This document shows positions 1 to 12,440 of a stretch of 64,000 nt of DNA, piece after piece. Origin of the DNA: Raillietiella orientalis (Eukaryota); the NCBI GenBank assembly GCA_036172245.1, contig JAYWIR010000072.1, positions 1 through 64,000 of the forward strand, given 5' to 3'. Made by a program: the position numbers and the translations under genes. The notes beneath the pieces were generated by a model. The model did not search any database. It saw nothing but the letters and a program-made list of their open reading frames with translations, and was not told the DNA's origin. The stretch's first letter is position 1; each line of letters opens with the position of its first letter.

Positions 1-2395
1 CGTCTTATCACAGTAGTGAATGCGGACGCAAAGTTGTAATCCAAGTTGTGGGCTGAGCGTTTGGGTCGGGTGGCCGCTTCCGTGGTGAGTCCCGAGCAGA
101 CCTACGCTGTTCCCGGACGAACCATGGAGGCCAACCTGCTCCTCGCCAGCTCATGGTGGCAGTTGCGACAACGCGTTGCACAGGATGGTCAAGGGAGCCT
201 CGCACTCCCCTCTGACCAAGAAGATCAAGCAGAGGGTGGGATGGACTCGGCGGGAGCCTTCACCGTCGCGGTCGATTTCCACAAAGCATTCGACTGTGTC
301 GATCAGGATCTCCTTTTCGAGCTCCTGGAACGCATGGGTTTGCCGGCCGTGCTCCAGTCTAACCTGCGATCCTGCTGGCGCAACGCGTATATCAATATTG
401 GTTCCAGCGGCCGGCACGTGTACGGCGTGCCAGTGCGACGCGGCATCCGGCAGGGTGACAGCCTGAGCCCCATGCTCTTTAGCATCTACTTTGCGTTGGT
501 GCTAAGGGCATACAGGGTAACTCTGGCAACTCTGCCGAGCTCGTGTGCCGGCACACCTGTTGTGTCGGCCTATGCAGACGATCTTCTGCTGCTGCTTCCC
601 GGGTCCATCCCGGCGAGTGCGCTCGAGGAATTCTTCGAGTTGCTGCGCCGTGGGACGGGCCTGGAGGTGAACAGGGCGAAGTCGTCTATGGTGTTTGTTG
701 GCTCGGCGTGGGCTGAACGGTCGGACTGGATCCGCTTTGATATCCCCACGGGCAGGTGCTTCAAGTTCCTTGACGTTCCGTTGAAGAACTTCTGCGTAGC
801 GGAAGTCTGGTCCGACCGTCTCTAAAAGGCAGCGTTGGCGATCGGTCCGTTCCAAGATAGCAAGTTCTACTTGCAGGAACAAGCCGCGGTGTGGAACACG
901 TTTCCGGCTTCCCTTCTTCGCTCCCTACTTCTTGTGTGCCCCGCCTTCTATTTTATATGAAAAAGAGCAACGGGCATCTTAAGGACAGTCCTTTGGGGCA
1001 AAGGGAGGTCCCGTGTGAGGCTCAAAGACTTGTGCGCTCCACGTAAGGACGGAGGACTTGGCATACTTACGCTGGAGCGCATTAAATTACAACTCCGCTT
1101 TAGGACTCTATCTCTGGCGGCAGAATTGTGGGACACGCCTTGGTGCATTCCAGCACGCCTCCTGGCCCAACGAGCCTGCGGATTGGATGGACTGTTGTCG
1201 TTTCTACTGGCGCGCGATCGCAGAGAAGCACACGGCGGCTGTCTCCTGCGTCTCATGTGCGTTGTGGTAAGGGAGAACGCCTGGATCTCCTGCCTCCCAG
1301 GTAACTACTCTGCATGGCTGCACGATACAGTGTCCACCTGTGTAAAGATCCACGTTCCGGCGGGCACAAGAAACACTTGCCTAAAAAGGGACGCCCGCTG
1401 CAAACTGCAGGAGATCATGCAGTCCCACGATAAACTTATGTGGGCCCTGATAACCCCCCTTGCCCCAGTGCTGCCCTTCTTAATAAACGCCAGGGACAGT
1501 AGGAAGCTGGGGAAATGAACCGTGTCCTGCACCATTGGCGGCAGGACACAAACGATTAAGGCGTGGACATCTCGGCAGCTAGCGGACGCTGCGACACCGA
1601 GTGTCCCGCTCAACGGAATTCGACGCTGGGGCGAGCTACTCGGACTATCTCCGGAGGAGATGAAGTGGCCTCCAGAGTCCTGGAACAGTGCATTTCTCCC
1701 CCTTAAATGGTAGGAGGTGGCGTTGCTTGTAATACATTGGGGCTTACCCTGTAAAGTACGCCTGTATCACTCAACCCGAGGAGCCGTGGATCCCCAGTGC
1801 GACCGGTGCGGGGAAAAAGAGACCTTTCCCCACCTTCTACGGGAGTGGGGTGCCATACGCCCTTCATGGGATCGCCTTGCGGCGATCCTGGATTTGCGCG
1901 GATGTGGCCCTAAGGACGTTATTAGGCGCCTCTTCTGTAGTGACGCCTTGTCCCCTCCCGCTTATGTAGCAGTCCTCTGCTGCATTCGAGGGATCGTGGA
2001 GGCTTGGAGCGCTACCAGAAGAAGACGTCAGCCAACTGGCAACGCCTCACGTTTCACTCGCCTATTCTTGCGAGCTGTTTGCAAGTGGCGCCAGTTAGGC
2101 GCAGAGAGGACTAAGCTTTTCCGTATCCTTAATAGGATCTAGAGGACCTATCCTCGCGCACAGTGATCTCTTCCCTGTCCTCCCACCCCTGAAACATTTG
2201 TTCCCTCGCACATTTCAGCTTTTTGTTTGTTTTTGTTTTTTCTTTCCCAACCCCCGCGCATTGGAAGGACCTCGCCGGCATAGTGTCGGCAGCCAGCAAG
2301 CTGTTTTGATGTGGTGAAACCTCGGGTTCTCCACTCCATAATGTATTGCGCTTTTGTTTATTTTAAATGAATGCCCCCGCATATCCGGGCGAAAA
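1..2395 (+). mobile_element. L1/Tx1-like LINE (subfamily A): decayed ORF2 from RT to C-terminal Zn finger, plus 3' UTR; 5' part outside window
   Basis: RT motifs VDFHKAFDCVD, RGIRQGDSLSP, AYADD (46-825); CDRCGEKETFPHLL finger (~1800-1840); several in-frame stops; family 3' end ...catatccgggcgaaaa at 2395. Confidence 0.95.
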
Positions 2396-3370
2396 CTCAC
2401 CCCGGAACTCACAGGTTCTGCACCCGGGCAGGAACACTCCATTACGCGCAGCACGGCGGAGGCCGGTGGCGACCGCGCCCTCCAGCCCGTCGTGCTACTT
2501 ACTGCCCGCTCGCTGGCTGAGGCGAGCAACACGGCCTCGCTTTCCCAGTCGTGATAAGGGCGATCGCGTCTTCTCTTCGTGACGTGCTGTAACGTCAACG
2601 GTCTCCAACACGACGAGAAGAGGCGCTTGTGGCTAACGCTCTGCGCCCCTTCGACTTGACGCTCCTGCAGGAGATTCACTGCATCTCAGAAGAGCAGGCT
2701 GCCGAAATCGAACGGCACGCGGCTGGAAGGCTACATTATAGTTGCGGCGTCGCTTTTCTCCTACGAGGAACTTTGGCCGAAGTGGTGCGCAGCGTTCGTT
2801 TCGACACGGAAGGTCAAGTGGGACAGCTTGTACTCAAGTGGTCAGACTTGGATTGAAAGGATTAAGATTTTCGGTACCGTTCAGAGCCAGTAGATCACTC
2901 GTTCTCACCCTACTGTGGCGCATCTCATTGCGGGAGACTTTAACGTCTACCTGCTGACCGAGAATAGCGCACACAAAAGAGAAAAGTTGCTAGCGGAAGA
3001 GATGTGCGCGTCCGTGCACGCGTGCAACTTGTTCGCTAGCAACCCTGTTATGGCAGCAACGCCGGACTTCGTATACCTTGATGAACACTTGCTATCTCGA
3101 GTAGGTCGGAGAGGTCCCGTACCGTCTGTGTTTTCAGACCACAACAGGCTCGAGTTCGAGTTGCTTCCGCCAGGCAAGGGGCGTCCAATCTGTGTTTTAA
3201 ATATTCCGGCAGACTGGCTAAGACAACCGGAGGAGGCGTAGCATCCTCGCCAGTACCTTTGTAGCTTCGCTATAACTGATCTTTCGGACTGGTACGAACT
3301 AAAAAGATCGGTCCGCAAGTTTTGCTGCCGGTTTCCCTCGCACTAGCTTTCGCGCGGCTTCGGAAAGGGT
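2396..3370 (+). mobile_element. LINE fragment: ORF1 C-terminus plus APE endonuclease domain, interrupted at the GFG site
   Basis: LLQEIH, GVAFLL, IAGDFN, FSDH motifs in ORFs 2629-2856 and 2915-3241. Confidence 0.9.
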
Positions 3371-4706
3371 TTTTCATTCGGGAAAGCCGGGGCTTTTATT
3401 ACTAAAATTTTGACATTACATAATTTTGTAATAAAGTCAATGTTGTTAAAATTTTCGTTTTTACGACGTCAGAAGTTCAGTTCAGAAGTTTAGTAGCACT
3501 TGTCCTTACCGACCCGGAGGCCGATAAGGTCCTTCACTGGCGCCGGGACGAAAAAAATAAAAGAAAACAAAAACAAAAAAAAGAAAAACGCCTGGAGGGC
3601 AAATGTTTTTGAAGTCGGCGCCAACGGCACGCTTTCTCCAAGGAGATCGCTGCCCAGTGAATGGCATTCCGGCTGGTCCTTCCTCTCCTAGACGCGGTCC
3701 ACTTCTCCAGGATACCGCGTATGCAGCAGAGCACTGCTACGCTCCCGGAGGCTGGCAAGCCGTCTCGCGTCAGGAGGCGTCTGAATAAATTTTTCGGGTC
3801 AACCTCCGGAATGTTGAGGATCAACGAGAGTCTGTCATACATTTCGCGGAGGGCAACACACTCCAGAATCAAGTGAGGGAAGGTCTCCCTTTCCCCGCAC
3901 TCTGCACAACTAGCATCCACATTCCCAATTGTCCAGCGAGACAGGCGTGCTCTGCTTAAAAGTCCCCAGTGGAGCAGAAGCAACGCCGTCTCTTGCCACT
4001 GCAGGGGAAGGGTACCGTTGTCCCATCACGCTGGGGGCCACTTCACCTTTTCCAGAGGTATACCGAGCAGCGCGCCCCAGCGTAAAAGTCCGTTCGGCGG
4101 GACACTCGGGGTACTAGCATCCGCTAGTTCCCTCGGCGTGCACGCCTTCAGTGACTTTTTCCTGCCTCCGATGAGGCAGGACACTTTCCACGATGCCTGT
4201 TGGTGGCTGTCCCGAACTTCCCTGAGGGAGGGCAGCACTGAGGCAAGGGGGGTGAAGGAATCCCACAGAAGTTTCCGTGGGTTGGAAGCGATCTCCTGGA
4301 GTGGCTGACCAGCGTGCCTCCCTCTGCGGAGACAGTAGTAGTCCTCATCGCTGGTGCCATTGATCTTCGCCCATGCGGAAACGGACTCCTGAAGCCAGGT
4401 AGTCCAGTCCGCTGGGATGCAGGAGATCCAAGGATTGTCTCTCAGAAGGGCAACCAAATTTCGCAGCTGATATCCACAATGGTTCAGGCTGCGTTCGTTG
4501 GCTACCAGGATTGAAGTCAATCCCAAGCAGCCGGTTAACCTGTGAGCAAGGAGTGTTTCCGGTGCACACCAGGGTGCTGTCCAAAACTTTGCCACAAGGG
4601 CAAGTTTTCTGGATTGAAGCTGTCGCTCAATGCGTTTCAACGTCAGGAGATCAAGTCCACCGTCCCTGCCTGGAGCGCACAAGTCTTTGAGACGGACGAG
4701 GGGCAC
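3371..4706 (-). mobile_element. LINE subfamily B, 5'-truncated (ORF2 C-terminal part plus 3' UTR)
   Basis: DLCAPGRDGGL...HWGL...CAECGERETFPHLILEC; near-identical to 47506-48900. Confidence 0.93.
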
Positions 4707-6508
4707 TCAAGTGGTCCGACTCGATCGATCTTGTTGTAACCAAAGTGTACGCGCCGAGCGGTGCTGGACGAGGGGCCGAAAAGATTGAGTTTTTCGGTAC
4801 CCTTCAAAGCCAGTGGCTGACGGGTCGGACTGCCTTCGGAAGGTAGAGTGTGCACTTCGCATGTTCTCAGGAGGCGAGTTCGTCTTGCCGGAACGGGCCA
4901 GCATCTAGAACGCCTTCGTTGCCAACCTTTTCCGCTCCCTGTATTTTGTTTGTCCACCCCCCCAGGAAGTCAAATTCTGGGCGCAACGCCTTCTACGCAA
5001 AGTGTTGTGGCGCCCTGCAAGATCCCGCGTAAGAATTAAAGACTTGGTGGCGCCGCGTCAGGATATAGGCTTGGGCATCCTAGACTTGCAAAGCATCGAT
5101 CTGCAGGTGCAGTTTCAAATGCTGGGGCTCTGTGCCAAGCTGTGGTGTACGCCGTGGTGCTTACCCGCACGCCTCATACTAAGGCGCTGCACGGGAAGCG
5201 AGGGACTGCTTACGTTGCTGCCCCACTTTCGGCATACCAGAATAGGGTTTGGCTTCCCGCTGAGTCAGATGTCCTCACTGCTGGAAGCCCAATGTTAAAT
5301 CTCCTGCCGCCCCATGAACATTTATGCATCGCGGCAGGAACCTTTTTCATCGTGGGTTGCTTGTCAAGGAACGCGATCGGAAGATCTTCGACGCCTGCGA
5401 CTTTTCCTCAGTCATCCAATGGACGAAGTCATGCAGGACAAGAAGAATACGGATCGTCTGGCCGCTACATTACTCGCCGCAGCTCTGTCTGCCCTCAGGG
5501 TAAGCAACGACAGTTGCCTACCGGCGAAATGGGAGTTCTGCACAATAGCGGGAGTGAGTAAGCTCCTCGGCTGCTGGACGACAAAGGAGCTGGTGGAAAC
5601 TGCCACTCCTCGTAATCGGGCGAAGAGCCTGCTTCGATGGAGTGAGCATTTAATTGTAACCCTTGAAGAGATAGTGCTTTCCTTCGTTTGTTTGGAGAAC
5701 TCCGTGTTCCCGTTAAAGTGGAAACAAGATGTGCTGCACTTTTTACACTGGGGCTTTCACTTTAACCGGCAGAGAAGCATAGTTTCCGGCGAAGCCGCTT
5801 TGCCAAACTGTTTGAGGTGCGGGGAGACTGAGTCTTTTCCGCACCTCTTGCTGGACTGCGGTGATCTCCGTGAACTGTGGTGAAGGCTGATTCCAGCCAT
5901 CCTGCCGCAGGGAGGCACTGCCATTGATGTGTTGCAGCGATTCTTCAGCAGAAATGCATTTTCGGTAGGCGCAATTGTCGCAACCTTGTGTTGTGTTCGC
6001 GCCATCGTGAAGGCCCGCTACGCTCTGGAGTTGTCAGCACAGCAAAGTGAGGCCCACCGGTTTGCCTTAGAATCCATGGAAAAGGCTGCTAGGTGACCTC
6101 ATCTCCGTCACGAGGTTAAAGAGGACATCGCCGGCATCCATCGCCGGTTTACAGGCTCTTAAGAACAGCTTAATCCGGTGATCACTACGTCCTGAAGCCC
6201 ACATACACCACTTCTCCGCTCGCCCTGCTTAAATGCCGGTGACATTACTTTTATCCTTGTGCGAACCAGAGTAATCCCAAAGACCCTTGTTCCGGCGTCC
6301 CCCATTGATTTCTTTTTCTTTTGTTTTTGCTTGTTTGTGTTCCTAGTTTCCACACTCTGTTCCGTGTTATTCTGGCCTGCGTGCCAGCAATTTTCTGATG
6401 ATCCTTGTTCAGTCGTCGATTGGGAGCATGGTTCCTAGCTGGTTTATTTTATATAAGTGTTTTCATTTTTATTATATAAAATAAACGCCCGGAGTGATCG
6501 GGTGAGAA
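4707..6508 (+). mobile_element. LINE subfamily C: short EN piece (4707-4830) fused by internal deletion to post-RT ORF2 and 3' UTR
   Basis: KWSDSIDLVVTKVYAPSG jumps to SDCLRKVE; CLRCGETESFPHLLLDC; 3' end aataaacgcccggagtgatcgggtgagaa. Confidence 0.9.
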
Positions 6509-8423
6509 GTCTCTTGCGCTTGTTCTGCAGAGATCACGTGAATCTCCTGCAGCAGCGCAAGGTCGTAGGGTTCCAGAAGAGCGACCATGTCTCGTCTTCT
6601 GCCGGCGTCTATCTTGTTCACGTTCCAAATGGCGATGCGCAGACGACGGCGGAAGGAGATTCCCGGCATTACTGCTGGCTAGACGAAGGTGTGAGGGAGC
6701 CCGCCTCTTGCAAGAGGGGCGTGATATCCATGGAAGTTTTGGCCTTCTCAGGCACCTGAAACACCTGTTCGGCCTCCACATACTCCATCCCTTCCTTGTC
6801 CGAACATGAGAGTCTCTCGGGCGACGGGTCCCGGGAATTTCCCACGCTCATAGCACACTCGCTTCCGGAAGCCATCTCTTCCCCTTCGTCGGGGAAGACG
6901 ATCTTCCGTAGCTTTGTTGAATTTCGTCCAGCCTTTTTGCGGGGTGCGGTGGAAACGGAGGCTGCGCTTCCAGCCTCCACCTCAGGGTCGGAAGTAGGAG
7001 ACTCCTGAGGGGAGGACGGACACCTTACGGCCTTCCTACTTGCTTCAGAGGGGGCTGGCTGCGACCAGGCAGCCAGCTCCTGCGCCGCACGCGCGAAAGC
7101 TGCGTCATCGATGTTGGTGTCGATGACGGACGCCGCCGCCGGCTCGCTCCCCTCGCTGTTGACAGAGTCAACAGAGGTGTGGTCGTCGGTAGCGGCGAGT
7201 TCTTTCTGGCAGCGTTGGGTAACATCAAGAATGCGTTCCACGACGACGCTGCATTCTTAAATTATCGAGCTACCCTGCTCTTTCTTCTTCTGTTGGTAAT
7301 TTTTTACTCCAATCTTCTCTCCTTTTTGCTTTTTCTTGCCGTTGCCACCTGCCACCTAGGCTCTTGTTTGGTTCCCTCGACTTTATCGGCCTTGATTGCC
7401 GTGGTCTCGAGTGCGCCCTGGGCCTTGGGCGCGGGTGGCACGGCCTTCGCGGCTGCTTTTACCGCCAGCCTTTTCTGCAGCAACCGGGCGCGTTATTCAA
7501 GTTTTCTCTTTGAAACCACCCACACACCTGCTTTGGGGCACACCTCCCCCGTGTGACCCATTGTGCCTTATGCTTTGCACTGCACGTTTGGACACCACTT
7601 TTTGAGGTGGCCCGAGTATTGCAGAATCCGCAGTATTTCGGCTTTCCCATATACCAGAGGTCGACGGTTTCGCCATCGACCACCAGTTTGTGGGGAAGAG
7701 TGCAGCCCTCTTGAACGGTCACGCGTGCAGCCGTGAAGCCGTGCTGCATCCCTGTGTAGTCCTCAAAGGGACTAACTTTCGTCCACAGCGCGTGAACCGT
7801 ATCGTATTGCTCCAACGCGGCGCGAACCTGTTCCTTGCGCATCCGCGCGGTGACGCCTTATAGGTGGACCACCATGCTGCGGTCCACCGTAGTGGGGAGA
7901 AGCCTGCGCGTCCCCATCACCACGAGAGTTTTTAGCTGTGGTTGGGCCAACTTTGCTTGTTTGCAGATGACCTCAACGTACTGACCCCCGCTGCGGATGG
8001 TCATAGCGATGAGCTCCTCCTCCTTAACAACGAGAGCCCGAATCCTTTTCGAAAAAATGCGCGCACTCTCTGAACAGTATAGATTGCCTACTTTGTAGAG
8101 CAATGAGGGTTTAAACCCCTCCTCCAGGTAGGCTGACCATTCCGCAGTGGCTGCAGGCTCTGGCGCCTCCACAACGGTGCTCCACGTTCGCGCTGCAGCG
8201 GCGATCGATTCTTTGGGGGCGGATCCCCCACCTCCATCGTCTCTAAGGACGATGTTGCCGCCGCTTCCTGGCTCTCCATCGCTTCTGGAGGAGGCGCTGT
8301 CACTGCCACCTGGCCTTCCCTGGTGGTCGTTTCAGGCATCGCTGCCTGGTCGACTACCGAACCACACTACGCTTGCACTAAGGGAGACTTTCTGGCACGA
8401 GGAGCACCGAGAAAAGACGTCTG
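6509..8423 (-). mobile_element. LINE 5' half: 5' UTR, ORF1 (gag-like, two CCHC knuckles, frameshifted) and start of ORF2 EN
   Basis: 5' motif cagacgtcttttctc at ~8409-8423; GFKPSLLYKVG, PHKLVVDGETVDLWYMGKPKYCGFC; TAATG overlap at 6669; WNVN...LLQEIH. Confidence 0.92.
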
Positions 8424-8429
8424 CCCTAG

Positions 8430-10562
8430 AGTGCACAAAGTGTTCTACTGCGTAAATTAGGATCTCCTCTTGGAGCACCTGGGTCGCATGGGCTTCCCTC
8501 TTTCCCTACTGACCTTCCTGCGCTCTTGCTGGCGCAATGCGCTATTGAACATCCCTTTCAGAGGTCAAATGGCGTACGGCGTGCCGGTACGGCGAGGCAT
8601 ACAGCAGGGAGATAGCCTCTGTCCCCTGCTCATTAGCACCTACTTTGAGTTGGTGCTAAGAGCTTATAGGGTGACGTTGGCCCCCTTGCCCAACTCGTGG
8701 CCCGGCACGTCCGCCGTAGCAGCCTATGCCGATTATCTTCTGCTCTTTTTGCCGACGTCCACCCTGGCAACGGCTGTCGGGGATTTGTATGATCTGTTTA
8801 GCTGCGGGACCGGATTACATGTGAGCAGAGCGAAGTCGTCAGTGGTGCCAGTTGGTGCGGTGTGGGCAGGGAAGCAGGACTGGGTCCGTTTGGGGATCCC
8901 CATGGCAAGGTTCTTGAAGTACCTTGGCGTTCCTTTGGGAAACTTCTGCGCAGCTGAAACATCGTCTGGCGGTCACCAAAAGTTTGAATTGGCGGTATGC
9001 CCGTTCCTGGATGCAAGTTTTAGTTGCAGGAGCGGGCCATGGTGTAGAACGCCTTTGCGGCCCCCTCCTGTTGCCCCCTACTTCTTGTGTGTGCCGTTCC
9101 TTCTTGAATTAGGACACGGAGAAGGGGCCCCTTACGGAAATCTTTTTGTTGCAACCGGAGTCTTCATGTCCTGCTTCAAGAATTTTGCGCTCTATGCTGT
9201 GACGATGGACTTGATCTTCTCGCGTTGGAGCGCTTGAAACGAAAGCTCCAATTTAGTAAACTTTCCTTTGTGGCAAAGAATAGGCAAGCACTTTGGTATA
9301 TTGCCGCAAAGCCTCTCGCCCACAGGGCAACCCGCTGCTGCGGTTTGACATTAATCCTGGTAACTAACGACCGTACACTGAACCATTGTGGGTTTAAACT
9401 ACGCGATCTGGTCACCCTGGTTAGAGAGAATCCGTGGATCTCCTGTATCCCCGTTGAGTGCATTATTTGGGTACAAGAGTCCGTTTCCGCGTGGGCAAAA
9501 TTCAACGGCTCCAGCGTTGTGGACTTCTCCTGCCTCCGTCGAGACAGGTACAATGGTCAGCCACTGTTGGAGATCATATGCAACCCACGCAAACTTTTGT
9601 GGGCTTCCTCCAACCTCCTTGCTCTTTTGCTGTTCTTCTTCAGGAAAGTCAGTGTCATCCAATAGGAGGCATCGTTGGAAGTGTCGTGCCTCATCGCAGG
9701 CAGCAAAAAACGGATGAAGGCGTGAACGTCTCGGGAACTAGCGGACGCTAGTACCTTGAATGTCCAACCGAATGGACTTGTACGCTGGGGCAACCTGCTC
9801 GACATGGAAAAGGCGAAGTGGCCCTTAGCGTCTTGCGATAACGGCACTTTTCTTCTGCAGTGGCAGGAGACTTCATTGCGGACTTTTAATCAGAACGCAC
9901 CTGTCCCACTGGACATCGGGGTGTGTGGATGCCAACTACGGAGAGTGCGGGAAAAGGGAGACCTTCCTTAACCTAATTCTAGATTCTGTTGTCCTTGGTC
10001 AGATGTTTTTGGATTTACTCTGGTGAGCCCTAACTATTCCGGGGGAAAACCAGAAGAAAATTTTTGGACGCCTGCTGTTGCGGGACTCCATGTCAGCCTC
10101 TGGAGGTGTAGCAGTACTTTTTTGCATGCACGAAATCCTGGATAAGTGGAACGCGTTAAGAAGAGTCCGCACCTGTCGGAATTTTATCCACTGGGCCGCC
10201 ATCTCTTTGGGGATGGCCTTCCGTTGGCGCCGACTTCGAAAACCTTTCAGGCACTTTTTCGCATCCGAAACAGCATGTAAAGACCTTCACACGGCGTACC
10301 GTGCTGCCTTACCTTTTCTCCCCTTCCAAAAACATTGCAATCCTCAGGCGTTTTTTTTTTTTTGGTTTTTGTTTTTGCTGCCCCTGCGTGAGTGTGCAGG
10401 ACCTTATCGGCCTGCTGGTCGATAAGGACAAGTGCGTCCAGACAACGAAACTTCTGTGCTGACCCAAAAAGAAAAATTCAGTTCACATAAAAGAATTTAT
10501 TATGGAATTTTTCTGTGTAAGAAATTTTAATGATAAAAGCTTCGGCTCACCCGGTTGAAAAA
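8430..10562 (+). mobile_element. LINE subfamily B, decayed, from RT motif KAFD to 3' end
   Basis: RRGIQQGDSLCP, AYADY; 3' UTR hairpin ccttatcggcc...ggtcgataagg; terminus cacccggttgaaaaa. Confidence 0.92.
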
Positions 10563-10569
10563 TCAAATA

Positions 10570-11450
10570 TCATGTATTCTTTAGCGCTCTCTAACAGAAA
10601 ATTGACTAACTTGTCTACAAAGTTTCTGTCTAAAGCCTGTTCCAGGACTTTATATGTCACTCTCAGTAAATACTTTCCATTTATTCGAAGGTAAACGCAG
10701 AAAGATGAGTAATGACTATAGCAGTGACTCCACGAGAACCACCACGTTTGAGAAAATCGTGCAAACATCGTTAAACGGACAAATGAAATGAACACTTAAT
10801 CATGAAAAACAGAATTCCCGAGTTGCAAGTAAGCTAATGAAAGAAATGAAGTTCCGTCAAATCACTTCATTTATTCATTAAGTGATGAAGTTCGCATTCG
10901 TTTCTCTGTATAGCAATACGATAATTAAGAAAATGTATTCTTCTGGTGATTTAGATGTGGTTGCAAATGAATATCAATATGTATCTGCGAATAACTCAAG
11001 CAAGCCACTTGTTCTTAATATTCTTGATAAGTGTAAGTATCGATTGAGGGACTATGAGCGTTTTAACTTACCTGTAGATTCCTGCAAATAGTTCCCATTC
11101 TCAGCAAAGTATTGTATAGAAATACTAACAGTCATCGTGTAGTGCTTCCTAATGTGATTGATGATTTCATCATCAGAGCGCGCAAATGCTTTGTTATGTT
11201 AACAGAATCCATCCCTCATTCTCTTTGTGAATTGCAATGGTAAGAGGGTCACGTATGACGTATGAGCATTCTGCTCTGATCAGAAAATGAAAAAACACTG
11301 TTGGTGATATGTCATCTGGAATCCATAACTCAGAATAGCACACTCGTTATGCCTTGAATTAATCTCTGAAAATGTTTCAATTCCAATTATTAGTGTCTTC
11401 TTTTCTGATTACGTGGAGTACTTAAGAACTTTAGTGTGTTTTCTATCCTA
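10570..11450 (+). other. Possible spliced host gene or gene remnant (unresolved)
   Basis: GTAAG donors (10829, 11033, 11240) and a 45-nt GTAAGT...TGTAG candidate intron flank open segments (NTIIKKMYSSGDLDVVANEY...), but phases could not be joined consistently. Confidence 0.25.
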
Positions 11451-11557
11451 GAACAAGATAAATTCACTTAAGAATTTTCTAAATAGAGTGCAATAACTTT
11501 TCATTATCAATGAATGATGTGATCGGATCCTTTAATATAAATGAGGAAACACTTTGC

Positions 11558-12440
11558 TCACTGAGTTGGACTCCTCAATAGAACTACAAAATTTTTATTT
11601 GGGGGAGGTTTCCATCTGCACTTCAGTGTGCTCGGAACATATCCCAGATTTCTTCCAGGGACAAGCCTGAAGCATATTGAAAGTACAATACGTTATCAAG
11701 AGATGCAACACACAAGAAGGACACGTGTATTTGAACTTTCAATGCGTATTTCCCTAAAAGAAAACCTAGCGATGGACGAGTTTTTTTTTCGGGAGTTTTT
11801 TTTTCTTGTGTAACAAGAGCATATAGTAGTGAAATAAATGTCAAAAAATGTGAAATATTTTAAAGACACCTTTCCTACTTTGAGAGAAGAAAAACATTGA
11901 AAGAAAAGTTCCGAAAAAATTCAGGTTTGCATATCCTTCATATTTCAAACGATTCTAATAAGTTGTAACAAAACCAGCCTTTTCCACGGTTTTGAGATAG
12001 GTCTCATCAAAAAAAGGTCAAAAGAGACACTGATGCTTGAAGCACAGCACATTCAAACACATAGCAAAAACTGAACTGTAACGTACCTTCGAGATACAGT
12101 TGCTGAAAGTTGTAGGGAGCAATCCCCATTGAAATCATTTACAAGGAACTCAACCATCATACTTCCATGGAATTCTGGCAACTGAAACCTTGCTAAGTCC
12201 TATTATATTGCAAACGTGGGCTTACAAAAAAAGACAGGGAACACGAGCCACGTTGCAATTGAACTCGCAAGTTATTGAACGACAGTTCACACGTTCCAAA
12301 ATCGTTGGCGAAAGCAGAAATACATGGCCCTCGCTTGTTCGCTAGGCCAATGACGTGTGCGAGCGATCTGAACAATGGAATTGTAGTGTTTTCCGTATCA
12401 GAACATTCTGCAGAAAGGGCAGCAAGCTGAACAGCACAGC
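11558..12440 (-). CDS. Spliced gene A (3' part), unknown Cys-containing protein, paralog of gene B
   Basis: Exons ~12440-12226, 12181-12087, 12035-11975, last exon 11666-11558 (TGA); GT-AG introns of 44 and 51 nt; peptides NTTIPLFRSLAHVIGLANKRGPCISAFANDFGTC, FLVNDFNGDCSL, GRNLGYVPSTLKCRW; one or two middle exons unresolved. Confidence 0.75.

Noticed and set aside
1..10562. RIP-like or CpG-methylation hypermutation of repeats
   Set aside because: The elements remain GC- and CpG-rich with sparse stops. No strong dinucleotide signature was evident by eye (not computed).
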